Below the pieces are notes generated by a model that saw nothing but the letters and a program-made list of their open reading frames with translations, was not told the DNA's origin and did not search any database. A DNA stretch of 52,324 nt from Flavobacteriales bacterium (GTDB taxonomy: Bacteria; Bacteroidota; Bacteroidia; Flavobacteriales_G; NORP312), in assembly GCA_016763645.1 (NCBI GenBank), contig JAESTK010000154.1, positions 1 through 52,324 on the forward strand, given 5' to 3'. Shown one piece after another: positions 25,535-34,869 of this stretch (within the stretch, counting starts at the first letter, position 1; every line of letters begins with the position of its first letter). A program made the position numbers and the translations under genes.

Positions 25535-28500
25535 TTAATATTCTGAATCTACAGTATCACAATGATAAAGTTTTTGTTCTTTTTTAACTGGTTTTTGTGT
25601 TGGAGCACCGTTCTTTTTAGCAGCTAACATTTTAGCAATGAGTCGTGCTCTTTCAGCTTGTTCTCTTTTTCTTAGCTCTAGGTCGGTTTGCAAATCGTAA
25701 TAACAAATCCCGTCAATAAAGGTTTTTTCAGCTTTAGCGTAGATTGAAAGAGGGTGTGCAGTCCACAATACAATGTCTGCATCTTTCCCAGCAGTTATAC
25801 TTCCCATTCTGTCATCCAAATGAAGTAAAATAGCAGGATTAAGCGTAACGAATTTCAACGCCTCTTCTTCACTAACGCCACCATACTTAACCGCTTTGGC
25901 GGCTTCTTGATTTAGCCTTCTTCCCATCTCCGCATCATCAGAGTTATATGCCGTTACAATCCCTTGTTCATGCATCAACGCACCGTTATATGGAATTGCA
26001 TCATTCACTTCGTATTTGTACGCCCACCAGTCAGAAAATGTTGAACCTCCCGCTCCATGTGCTTTCATCTTGTCGGCTACTTTATATCCTTCAAGAATAT
26101 GGGTAAACGTATTGACTCTAAAACCCATCGAATCGCCAACGTGCATTAGCATATTAATCTCTGATTGTTGGTATGAGTGACACGAAATAAATCGTTTTTC
26201 GTTCATTATTTGTACCAAAGCGTCTAACTCTAAATCTTTACGAGGAGGAACTGCCAAGTCTTTTTCTTTCTTTTTCAGTGCATCATAGTATTGGAAAAAC
26301 TCAGACCACTCTAGCTCATATTCTTGAGCGCGAGTAAAAGCATTGTAATACACTTGTTCTACTCCCATTCTCGTTTGTGGGAAACGCACTCTACTTGCAT
26401 CGCCATGATTACTTTGTTTTACGTTTTCGCCTAAAGCGAACTTAATGAATCCAGCAGTATTTTTAATTTTCATTTCTTCAGGAGAAGAGCCCCAGCGTAA
26501 TTTAATCAATGCCGATTGCCCTCCAACAGGGTTACACGAACCGTGTAGTAATTGCGATGCGGTTACACCTCCAGCCAACTGTCGGTAGATGTTTATATCG
26601 TCAGAGTTTACCACATCCGAGATGCTGACTTCCGCGGTTACAGCTTGCGTACACTCGTTAACTCCTCGGCTAATTGCAATGTGAGAGTGTTCGTCAATTA
26701 TACCAGGAGTAAGGTGCTTACCTTTTGCATCAATGGTTGCGATGCCTTCTGGGGCAGTAATCTCTTTTCCAACAGCAGTAATTTTACCGTTTTGGATGAG
26801 TACGGAAGCGTTCTTTAGAATGCCTACGGTGTCATTTGTCCAAATGGTTGCATTGATAAAAAGGATGTCTTGCGGCTTTGGAGTGGAGTCGAATCCAAAT
26901 GCCATGTTGGGATACCAGATAGCAGGTGAAAGTTCAAAGGTCAAAGTTGAAAGTGAGTCTTCGCTTCCATTCTCCTTTTTACTTTTGTCTTTCTTCTTTT
27001 CACTTTCGACTTTCGACTTTTGTTTAATTGCTCCCCATTTTACCCAAGCACCTCCCGGAACTTGACCACGACCATCCCAAATGCCACTTTTGAAATTTAC
27101 TTTTCCTGATAGAGAAATAAGACCGTTGTATTTTTCATCGTCCGCTACAAAACTTATTGCAACAAGCTGTCCGTCTAGCTTGACGGTGGCCTTAATTTTT
27201 GAGGTGTCTTGTTTAATCGACCCTTTCAATTTCCCATCCTTACCTTTAACGGTAAGTTCGTATTTTTTTCCATCAACATTTACGCTATAAGAGCCTACAA
27301 GGTCTAGAGCATTCACATCCTTTATGATGTATTGCTCTCCTTTTACCCAGTTCTCATAAATTTTAGAATCTTCGTTAAATATGTTATCGGAGGTAATCAA
27401 GAAGTTCGCAATTCTTCCTTTTTCAAGCGTTCCTAATTGGTCGTCTAAACCGATTAGTGACGCAGGGTTGTATGTCATTGCTTTCAGTGCGTATTCTTCA
27501 CTCAGTCCATTTTCTATGGCTTTACGGATGTTTGATAAGTACATCTCTTTTTTCTTCAAACCATCGGCTGTAAAAGCAAAAGGGATAGTATTTTTTTCGA
27601 ACAATGCTGGGTTGGTTGGGGCTAATTCCCAATGCTTCATGTCTTCGGTTGTAACCACCAAAGCGTCGTACGGGTCAGTTACATCATAAGCTTTTGGGAA
27701 GCTTAATGGAAGAATAAAGGCCGCATCGGTTGATTTGATGTACTCGATATTTTTATACTCGTCACCAGACCCTTTTATGATGTATTGAATGCCAAACTCA
27801 TCCCCAATTTTATCGGCACGAACGGCAGATAAATAATCGGTAACAGCAAATATTTGAGGAAGGGTTTGATTTGCCAAAAAAGCATCTAAACCTAAATTGT
27901 ACTCGTCTTCGTTTTGCAATGAAGAATACCATTCGGCATCATAATGCGTTTGTCGAAGCAATGCAATTGCGCCCATCAGCGAACCTGGGTAGTCTTGTTT
28001 GGAGCTTCCTTTTTTAAACGAATACATAGCCGCAGAATAGCCAGCAATCATCATTTTGTTTTCGTTTGCATCACCAGTAAGAACACTTGTTGAGGTGCCA
28101 CGAATAATACCATCTGTTTGGTGTGTAAGTACGGCTCCAAAACCATTTGCTCTTAGTTCTTTTGAAGTTTTTTTGTCTGTTTTAAAAATCTTTGCTGCAT
28201 CAATTTCAGGGTTTAATGCTTGATTCCAGGTATATGCTCCGGGTTTTTTACTATCAATTTGTGGTCCATCGCTCCATTTTCTTTTTGATTTCTCAATTTT
28301 TGGCATCCCATAATTGGAAAAAGGATCTATAAACGAAGGGTAAATGTGTTTCCCGTCAAGGTCAATTTTAACTGCGCCTTTTGGCTTTTTTACATCCGCA
28401 CCAACGGTAACAACATATCCGTTTTGAACAAGAAGTGAAGCGTTTTCTATAACCGTTTCATAATCGACATGGACGGTTGCATTGGTGAAATAGTAATAGG

Positions 28501-28603
28501 TGTGGTTTTCGTTGTGTGTTCCGTTAACCGGAAATGTTTCTTGTGCATTTAACGTTTGGGTTATTAACGCTACGAAAAACGAAAGTGCGAGTAGGTGTTT
28601 CAT
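25535..28603 (-). CDS. Large two-module amidohydrolase-family protein
   Basis: The ATG at 28603 gives signal peptide MKHLLALSFFVALITQTLNAQ. The N-terminal module has a degenerate site (IYPSFIDPFSNYG). A Lys/Ser/Glu-rich linker follows. The C-terminal module has an intact LTPGIIDEHSHIA (HxH encoded at 26681-26689). Confidence 0.85.
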   Translation of the reverse strand: MKHLLALSFFVALITQTLNAQETFPVNGTHNENHTYYYFTNATVHVDYETVIENASLLVQNGYVVTVGADVKKPKGAVKIDLDGKHIYPSFIDPFSNYGMPKIEKSKRKWSDGPQIDSKKPGAYTWNQALNPEIDAAKIFKTDKKTSKELRANGFGAVLTHQTDGIIRGTSTSVLTGDANENKMMIAGYSAAMYSFKKGSSKQDYPGSLMGAIALLRQTHYDAEWYSSLQNEDEYNLGLDAFLANQTLPQIFAVTDYLSAVRADKIGDEFGIQYIIKGSGDEYKNIEYIKSTDAAFILPLSFPKAYDVTDPYDALVVTTEDMKHWELAPTNPALFEKNTIPFAFTADGLKKKEMYLSNIRKAIENGLSEEYALKAMTYNPASLIGLDDQLGTLEKGRIANFLITSDNIFNEDSKIYENWVKGEQYIIKDVNALDLVGSYSVNVDGKKYELTVKGKDGKLKGSIKQDTSKIKATVKLDGQLVAISFVADDEKYNGLISLSGKVNFKSGIWDGRGQVPGGAWVKWGAIKQKSKVESEKKKDKSKKENGSEDSLSTLTFELSPAIWYPNMAFGFDSTPKPQDILFINATIWTNDTVGILKNASVLIQNGKITAVGKEITAPEGIATIDAKGKHLTPGIIDEHSHIAISRGVNECTQAVTAEVSISDVVNSDDINIYRQLAGGVTASQLLHGSCNPVGGQSALIKLRWGSSPEEMKIKNTAGFIKFALGENVKQSNHGDASRVRFPQTRMGVEQVYYNAFTRAQEYELEWSEFFQYYDALKKKEKDLAVPPRKDLELDALVQIMNEKRFISCHSYQQSEINMLMHVGDSMGFRVNTFTHILEGYKVADKMKAHGAGGSTFSDWWAYKYEVNDAIPYNGALMHEQGIVTAYNSDDAEMGRRLNQEAAKAVKYGGVSEEEALKFVTLNPAILLHLDDRMGSITAGKDADIVLWTAHPLSIYAKAEKTFIDGICYYDLQTDLELRKREQAERARLIAKMLAAKKNGAPTQKPVKKEQKLYHCDTVDSEY

Positions 28604-28685
28604 TAAATAAAGGTCTTTGAATACAAACAAATGTAGTATTTTTCGGAAAGGGTGCTATAGGGAATACACCAACGGCAATTATCTC

Positions 28686-28693
28686 TACATTTG
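28686..28693 (+). promoter_or_regulatory. -7 promoter box TACATTTG
   Basis: Exact TAnnTTTG, 17 nt upstream of the ATG at 28711. Confidence 0.45.
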
Positions 28694-28710
28694 CTCAAAA
28701 CAGAATAAAT

Positions 28711-29124
28711 ATGCTAACAGGACTTTTACACGCACATTCGACCCTCCGCTGGGTTGTTTTGGCACTAATGATTATCGCTGGGTTAAAATCATTAATTGGT
28801 TGGATGAATAAATCACCTTACGAAAAAATTGACGATAAACTTTCGCTTTTTACATTAATAGCTACTCACACACAACTATTGATTGGCTTTGGATTGTATT
28901 TTATGAGTCCAAAAGTTGATTTTTCTAACATTGCTGATGGCGTTACACGTTATTTTACTATCGAACATGCGTTTTTAATGATACTTGTTGCGGTGCTGAT
29001 AACGATTGGCAGAAGCACATCGAAAAAGAAAGAAGAAGCAGCCGATAAACACAAAACTGTTGCCTTATTTTATCTAAGTTCATTAGCGATAGTTGTGCTT
29101 ACAGTATTTGTTATGATGCCATGA
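28711..29124 (+). CDS. Small integral membrane protein (4 predicted TM helices)
   Basis: 137 aa with the N-terminal LLHAHSTLRWVVLALMIIAG motif and four hydrophobic segments. An ATGA overlap joins it to the cytochrome c gene. Confidence 0.6.
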   Translation: MLTGLLHAHSTLRWVVLALMIIAGLKSLIGWMNKSPYEKIDDKLSLFTLIATHTQLLIGFGLYFMSPKVDFSNIADGVTRYFTIEHAFLMILVAVLITIGRSTSKKKEEAADKHKTVALFYLSSLAIVVLTVFVMMP

Positions 29125-29432
29125 TAAAAAGAATTCCCATCGTTCTATTAGTAATCGTACTTACTTCTTGCGCAGAAAATCAGCCCAAAGTAGATATAAG
29201 TAAAGCATCAAGCGGGAGAACAATTTATCTTGGAAAATGCAATGCTTGTCATGGAAGCGATGGAAAAAAAGGACTTGGTGGAGCGAAAGACTTATCAACT
29301 TCTGAGCTAACCAATAATGAGATAAAAGAAATTATAACAAACGGGAAAGGTAGCATGGCAGGTTACAGCGCTATTTTATCAGAGGAAGAGGTCGGTCAAG
29401 TAGCCGAATATATTACTACATTGCGCAAGTAG
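29121..29432 (+). CDS. Class I c-type cytochrome lipoprotein
   Basis: Lipobox LTSC, heme-binding CNACHG (CxxCH), and a distal Met in GKGSMAGY. Confidence 0.8.
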   Translation: MIKRIPIVLLVIVLTSCAENQPKVDISKASSGRTIYLGKCNACHGSDGKKGLGGAKDLSTSELTNNEIKEIITNGKGSMAGYSAILSEEEVGQVAEYITTLRK

Positions 29433-29434
29433 AA

Positions 29435-30670
29435 ATGATAAACACAGCATTAGTTCCGGAAACAGCAGTATTAGTTGGCGTTGTAACTAAAGGTCAAACT
29501 GAGACCCAAACAAAAGAATATCTTGATGAATTGGAGTTTTTAGCCCTTACAGCAGGTGCTATATCTAAAAAGCATTTCACACAAAATTTAGAACATGCGC
29601 ATCCTAAAACTTTTTTAGGGAGTGGAAAAATTAAAGAAGTAGAAGAATATGTTCGTCGGCATGATATCGACTGTGTAATTTTTGATGATGAGTTATCTCC
29701 TTCTCAGCTACGAAATATTGAACGCATTTTTGAACGTAAAATCTTAGACAGAAACAATTTAATTCTTGATATTTTTGCTGCAAGAGCGCAAACCCACGAT
29801 GCAAAACTTCAAGTAGAACTGGCTCAATACCAATACTTATTACCTCGATTAACGCGAATGTGGACTCATCTCGACAGACAAAAAGGCGGTGGAATCGGAT
29901 TAAGAGGCCCTGGTGAAACTCAGATTGAGACCGATAGGAGAATTGTACAGCAAAAAATCGCATTGTTAAAAGAAAAACTCACCAAAATTGACAAGCAAAA
30001 AGCGATTCAGAGGGGGAACAGAGGAGCTTTGGTTCGTGTCGCCTTGGTTGGTTATACTAACGTTGGTAAATCAACCATCATGAATATGTTGAGCAAATCG
30101 CAAGTTTTTGCAGAGGACAAGTTATTTGCCACATTAGATACGACAGTTCGTAAAGTTGTATTGCAAAACCTGCCTTTTTTGATGTCAGATACGGCTGGGT
30201 TTATTCGCAAATTACCACATCAATTGATAGAATCGTTTAAATCAACATTGGACGAGGTGCGCGAGGCAGATATTTTGATTCATGTGGTGGATATTTCGCA
30301 TCCTAATTTTCAGGAACAGATTGATGTTGTAAAAGAAACACTTGCAGATTTGGACTCTGCCGATAAGCCAACAATTTTGGTGTTCAATAAAATTGACAAC
30401 TATACTTTTACTGACGAAGCAGATGATACTTCGACAGGCTCAGCAGAGCACAAGACAGAATTCGACTTTACCGGAAACAAAGAGCTGAATTATAGCCTCG
30501 ATACATTGAAAAAAATGTGGATGAGCAAAAATGATGACCTATGCCTGTTCATCTCCGCAATTAATAAAGAGAACATCGAAGAATTTAGAAGTTTGCTTTA
30601 TGAGCAGGTAAAAAAGATGCATATTGAGCGGTTTCCGTACAACAACTTTTTATACGAAGTTGAAGAGTAA
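29435..30670 (+). CDS. hflX: GTPase HflX
   Basis: 411 aa. HflX N-terminal domain (LDELEFLALTAGA...IFDDELSPSQLRNIE) and G motifs GYTNVGKST, DTAGF and NKID. Confidence 0.9.
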   Translation: MINTALVPETAVLVGVVTKGQTETQTKEYLDELEFLALTAGAISKKHFTQNLEHAHPKTFLGSGKIKEVEEYVRRHDIDCVIFDDELSPSQLRNIERIFERKILDRNNLILDIFAARAQTHDAKLQVELAQYQYLLPRLTRMWTHLDRQKGGGIGLRGPGETQIETDRRIVQQKIALLKEKLTKIDKQKAIQRGNRGALVRVALVGYTNVGKSTIMNMLSKSQVFAEDKLFATLDTTVRKVVLQNLPFLMSDTAGFIRKLPHQLIESFKSTLDEVREADILIHVVDISHPNFQEQIDVVKETLADLDSADKPTILVFNKIDNYTFTDEADDTSTGSAEHKTEFDFTGNKELNYSLDTLKKMWMSKNDDLCLFISAINKENIEEFRSLLYEQVKKMHIERFPYNNFLYEVEE

Positions 30671-30811
30671 ATCAAAACGTTTACCTGTTGAGTTACGAGT
30701 GTTACATTATTGAAATCCTAGTTGCAGCAAAACCACTTTAAATTCACTTGAATATAACAGCAGACCTAAGTGAAATTTCGTATTTTTATCATAGCAATCA
30801 ATTAACCCAGG

Positions 30812-32464
30812 ATGCGTAATTTATTAGTTTTCATTTCCCTTTGCGTAGGGGTGTCTTGTAATTTAGAGACAGAAGCCCCTTCGTTTTCACCTATTTATTC
30901 TTTTGCAGATGAGATTAAGTTGCTGACTAAAATCAATCCTTTTGTGAATAAAACAGTAACAAAAGATGGAATTTCTAAGAAGTCTAAAATAAAAGTAGAT
31001 TGGAAAAAAGAACTCCGATTTTTCGCTGAAGCAGAAATAAACAACCCAAAATTTCAATCAGAATACGTGATTGATACAACCAAAATCGGCAATAAAACAA
31101 TAATAAACTGCACTAGCCACTCTGATAAAATAAAAACAAAACATATTCAATATGTTTTTAATGGTGATAAATGCGAGATGATATATATGCAACGGTTGCT
31201 TCGGGATAGAGTCAACAATAACTATCAAGAAATGTATTATCAACCTGGAATTCGCTATGAGATTAACGGAACACAAAAAGTAAGAGAGATTGATGATTTT
31301 GCTTATAAAGTAGTGGGAAAAATCGACTTACCCAAAACACAATCCTATGTTTTTGAGTTAAAATTTAAAGATGAAGTATTGCCCTTTTTTGTTGAATTTA
31401 ATGCTAAAGGAGCAAACATTAAAAATGGTTCTGAGGAAATTCAAGCAACTAACATTTATCAGAAAGGAGATTCAACAATAATGGATATTCCGGTTTTTAA
31501 TTCAGAGTTAAGATATGTAATACAAGATGGTCAAATAAAAGGTCGCTGGTGTAACCTCGCGAAAGGTAATTACTCAATTCCGCTAGAATCAAATCAAGCG
31601 AGAAACACGAGATTCGAAGTTTCCGAACAAGAATCAACAGATTTCACAGGAAAGTGGGAGGTCTTGTTTAGCCCGGAAACGGAAGATAAATACCCTGCAA
31701 TTGGTGTTTTTGAACAAAATGGAAACGAGGTTACGGGGACATTCCTTACCGAGACAGGTGATTATCGATTTTTAGAAGGAAATGTGAATGGTAACGAAAT
31801 GTTTCTTTCTTGTTTTGATGGGGCTCATGCTTTTTTGTTTAAAGCAAAAATTGAGGATAATGGAGAGCTAAGCGGAACGTTCTTTTCAGGAAAACACTGG
31901 CAAGAGCCGTGGTCGGCAATAAGAAACGAAAAGGCGACTCTTAGTGACCCCTTCAAATTAACTTATTTAGAAGATTCAACTCAAGAATTTTCATTTTCGT
32001 TCCCGAATTTGGATAGCGTAATGGTTTCCAACAAGGATGAAAGGTATAAAAACAAAGTTGTTTTGGTTCAAATTATGGGTTCGTGGTGCCCCAACTGTAT
32101 GGACGAAACCAAGCTATTGTCTGATTATTACTCCAAGTACAACGAACAAGGTTTGGAAGTTATTTCGCTCTGCTTTGAAGCCTCAAAAACATTTGAAGGA
32201 AAGACGAAAGCGGTTAAAAAACTAAAATCGCACTTTAATACTAGACATGAGTATTTAATAGCGGGCTCTGCAGGTAAGGCTTGCGCTGAAGACGTTCTTC
32301 CTCAATTAAACCATATTATGTCTTTCCCAACTACATTGTTTATTGACAAAACAGGAACGGTTAGAAAAATTCATACGGGGTTTTATGGACCAGGCACTGG
32401 GCCATACTACGAAATGTACGTTGACAAAACAACTGCTTTTATTGAGCAGTTGTTAAAGGAGTAA
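30812..32464 (+). CDS. Lipoprotein with C-terminal TlpA/redoxin-type thioredoxin domain
   Basis: Leader VGVSCN, a 380-aa N-terminal region of unknown fold, then a thioredoxin fold with the active site WCPNC. Confidence 0.8.
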   Translation: MRNLLVFISLCVGVSCNLETEAPSFSPIYSFADEIKLLTKINPFVNKTVTKDGISKKSKIKVDWKKELRFFAEAEINNPKFQSEYVIDTTKIGNKTIINCTSHSDKIKTKHIQYVFNGDKCEMIYMQRLLRDRVNNNYQEMYYQPGIRYEINGTQKVREIDDFAYKVVGKIDLPKTQSYVFELKFKDEVLPFFVEFNAKGANIKNGSEEIQATNIYQKGDSTIMDIPVFNSELRYVIQDGQIKGRWCNLAKGNYSIPLESNQARNTRFEVSEQESTDFTGKWEVLFSPETEDKYPAIGVFEQNGNEVTGTFLTETGDYRFLEGNVNGNEMFLSCFDGAHAFLFKAKIEDNGELSGTFFSGKHWQEPWSAIRNEKATLSDPFKLTYLEDSTQEFSFSFPNLDSVMVSNKDERYKNKVVLVQIMGSWCPNCMDETKLLSDYYSKYNEQGLEVISLCFEASKTFEGKTKAVKKLKSHFNTRHEYLIAGSAGKACAEDVLPQLNHIMSFPTTLFIDKTGTVRKIHTGFYGPGTGPYYEMYVDKTTAFIEQLLKE

Positions 32465-32543
32465 GTTTACCAAATTGATAGCAGACTTGACTTGTTAGGT
32501 CTTGTTTTGTAGAGAAGCTAGGGAAGGGGCTCGCTTTAGAAGT

Positions 32544-33056
32544 TTATCTACTTATTATCTTTCCCGCTTCCATTTCAAGATTTTCTTTTATCAGTTTTCG
32601 GATTAATTTTGAAGCACTTAATACTTTACTAGGGTTTGGCACAAATGGAGCGTTAAAAGTGAGGTGTGCCGTTGCTCTGTTCCCACTCATGTAAGCATGA
32701 GCGAGCAACTCTTTATCTTTTTCTGTGAGGGTATTTATTTCAACAAAACGACCACCGAGATCTGTTATTTTTATTTCATATGAGTTTGTGCCGTCCAATG
32801 AAAAATACCTTCTATCTTGTCTAAGTACAGGACTTTCCTTTGAAATTCCTAACCCAAGAAATTCTATAAACATTCTACGAGATATTTGCATTGACTCATA
32901 CATGCAGGTCCACAGAGGGGTTTCTGGGGGATATTTCGACCCCAACAATGAAACGGTTTCAAGCATCTGTAGGCGATACTTCAGGTGGTTATTAAAAAAG
33001 CCATTTATTTCATTCTCATTCAAGGATTCGAACCTTTGTTGAATATAAGCCATCAC
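32544..33056 (-). CDS. Hypothetical cytoplasmic protein (orphan)
   Basis: 170-aa ORF with no signal peptide and no domain I recognise. It lies 40 nt downstream of fhs on the same strand. Confidence 0.5.
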   Translation of the reverse strand: MMAYIQQRFESLNENEINGFFNNHLKYRLQMLETVSLLGSKYPPETPLWTCMYESMQISRRMFIEFLGLGISKESPVLRQDRRYFSLDGTNSYEIKITDLGGRFVEINTLTEKDKELLAHAYMSGNRATAHLTFNAPFVPNPSKVLSASKLIRKLIKENLEMEAGKIISR

Positions 33057-33096
33057 TTTTTTAAAATAGGGTTATACTTTTTCAGAACGACTCAAC

Positions 33097-34776
33097 TTAC
33101 GATAGCCCACTAATCACACCATTACTATCGATGTCCATACCTTCGGAGGCAGGAACGGCTGGTAGCCCTGGCATACGCATCATTTTGCCTAAAATTGGGA
33201 TTAAAAAACCAGCTCCTGCAGCAATTTCGAACTCACGTACGGAAACTCTAAAACCAGTTGGTCGGTTAATAAGCTTGTCGTTATCAGAAAATGATTTTTG
33301 CGTTTTAGCCATGCAGATAGGTAAGTTGGCGAGGCCAAGGTTTTCTATTCCTTTTAAGTCGCGCTTTGCTTTTGCTGAAAAATCTACCCCATCGGCACCG
33401 TAAATCTCGCGGGCAATGGTTTCAATTTTTTCTATCACGGGAGCATTCCAATCGTACAATCTCTTAAAGTTGTTTTGCCCCGACTCGATAGAATCAACAA
33501 CTGCTTGCGCAAATTCTTGTGTGCCATTTCCGCCATCTGCCCAGCCCATAGAAACAACAGCGTTAACGCCAAGTGCGGCACATTTTTCTTGTACCACTTT
33601 TATTTCTTCATCGGTATCTCCAGTTCGGTGATTAATTGCCACAACGGGTGTTAGTCCAAACTTTTTCATGTTTTCGATATGCTTTTCTAAGTTAGAAAAA
33701 CCAGTTGTTACTCGCTCAACATTCGCATCGCCATATTCGTCTTTTTTCGCTCCACCATGGTGGCGCAGTGCTCGAATTGTAGCAACAATTACCAAAGCAT
33801 CTGGAGTTAAATCTCCATATCCGCACTTGATGTCCATAAATTTTTCGGCACCAAGGTCAGCGCCAAAACCTGCTTCGGTAACTACATAATCGCTTAACGA
33901 AAGTCCCATTTTGGTGGCAATAATTGTATTGGTTCCTTGGGCGATATTTGCAAACGGCCCACCATGAATAATGGCAGGGTTGCCTTCTAATGTTTGTACT
34001 AAGTTGGGCTGAATAGCGTCTTTAAGCAGCACCGCCATTGCACCTTGTGCATTTAAATCTTTAGCGTAAATAGGCTTTTTATCGAATGTAAATCCGATGA
34101 AAATGTCCGCTAACTTGGTTTTAAGATCACCCATGTTGTTACACATACAGAGTATAGCCATTACTTCAGAAGCGGCAGTAATGTTGAACCCTCCTTCACG
34201 AGGAATTCCGTCTGTTGTGCCTCCCAAGCCAATTACCATGTGGCGAAGCGACCGGTCGTTCATGTCAATAACACGTTTCCAAGTAACTGTTCTTGGATCG
34301 ATGTTTAAATTTCGAGTTTTACTTTGAATGTTGTTGTCAATTAAAGCAGAAAGTAAATTGTTTGCTTTTTCGATAGCCGAGAAATCGCCTGTAAAGTGGA
34401 GATTGATGTCTTCCATCGGCACAACTTGCGAATAACCACCACCGGCAGCACCGCCTTTGATTCCAAAAACAGGCCCCAAAGAGGGCTCACGTAAAACGAC
34501 TGTGGCTTGTTTGCCAATTTTGTTTAACCCTTCGGTTAAACCAATAGAAACAGTTGTTTTTCCTTCTCCAGCAGGAGTAGGAGTAAGGGCGGTAACTAAA
34601 ATGAGTTTGTTGGTTTTTCTTTTCTCTTCATCAATTAAATGGAGGGGCAATTTGGCTTTATACTTGCCGTACATTTCAATGTCATCTTCGCTAATGTTAA
34701 GCTTTGCCGCGATGTTTTTTATGTGCGTCATTTGCACTGCTTGTGCAATTTCTAGGTCTGATTTGAATTCACTCAT
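33097..34776 (-). CDS. fhs: Formate--tetrahydrofolate ligase
   Basis: 559 aa with the P-loop PTPAGEGKTT and a collinear FTHFS sequence throughout. Confidence 0.95.
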   Translation of the reverse strand: MSEFKSDLEIAQAVQMTHIKNIAAKLNISEDDIEMYGKYKAKLPLHLIDEEKRKTNKLILVTALTPTPAGEGKTTVSIGLTEGLNKIGKQATVVLREPSLGPVFGIKGGAAGGGYSQVVPMEDINLHFTGDFSAIEKANNLLSALIDNNIQSKTRNLNIDPRTVTWKRVIDMNDRSLRHMVIGLGGTTDGIPREGGFNITAASEVMAILCMCNNMGDLKTKLADIFIGFTFDKKPIYAKDLNAQGAMAVLLKDAIQPNLVQTLEGNPAIIHGGPFANIAQGTNTIIATKMGLSLSDYVVTEAGFGADLGAEKFMDIKCGYGDLTPDALVIVATIRALRHHGGAKKDEYGDANVERVTTGFSNLEKHIENMKKFGLTPVVAINHRTGDTDEEIKVVQEKCAALGVNAVVSMGWADGGNGTQEFAQAVVDSIESGQNNFKRLYDWNAPVIEKIETIAREIYGADGVDFSAKAKRDLKGIENLGLANLPICMAKTQKSFSDNDKLINRPTGFRVSVREFEIAAGAGFLIPILGKMMRMPGLPAVPASEGMDIDSNGVISGLS

Positions 34777-34822
34777 AAGGCTCCTAATTTTAAATTTGAA
34801 GCCGAAAGATACATGGAAAATC

Positions 34823-34860
34823 TGAAATTCGAAATTAGAGAAGGGAAATTTCGAATTTCA
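34823..34860 (-). terminator. Hairpin terminator between the S41 peptidase gene and fhs
   Basis: Perfect 14-bp inverted repeat TGAAATTCGAAATT / AATTTCGAATTTCA with a 10-nt loop. On the minus strand it is followed by AGATTTTCC. It starts 10 nt after the peptidase stop. Confidence 0.6.
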
Positions 34861-34869
34861 CTGAGCTAA

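Noticed and set aside
32664-32678. HEPN-like catalytic motif in the orphan protein (NRATAH)
   Set aside because: The spacing is Rx3H, whereas HEPN nucleases have Rx4-6H. There is no other supporting feature.
33016-33040. tRNA T-arm-like sequence AAGGTTCGAATCCTT on the minus strand
   Set aside because: No matching acceptor stem, D-arm or anticodon arm is present. It lies inside the 170-aa ORF, where it encodes QRFESL. Judged a chance match to a short universal motif.
33131-34825. Series of plus-strand ORFs (70-120 aa) across fhs
   Set aside because: They are antisense shadows of a highly conserved gene, with Ser/Pro/Ala-rich nonsense translations.
34777-34869. Folate/purine riboswitch (ZTP/pfl or THF type) upstream of fhs
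   Set aside because: The region is AT-rich. It consists mainly of a 14-bp perfect hairpin best explained as the terminator of the upstream peptidase operon. None of the GC-rich conserved cores of those riboswitches is visible.
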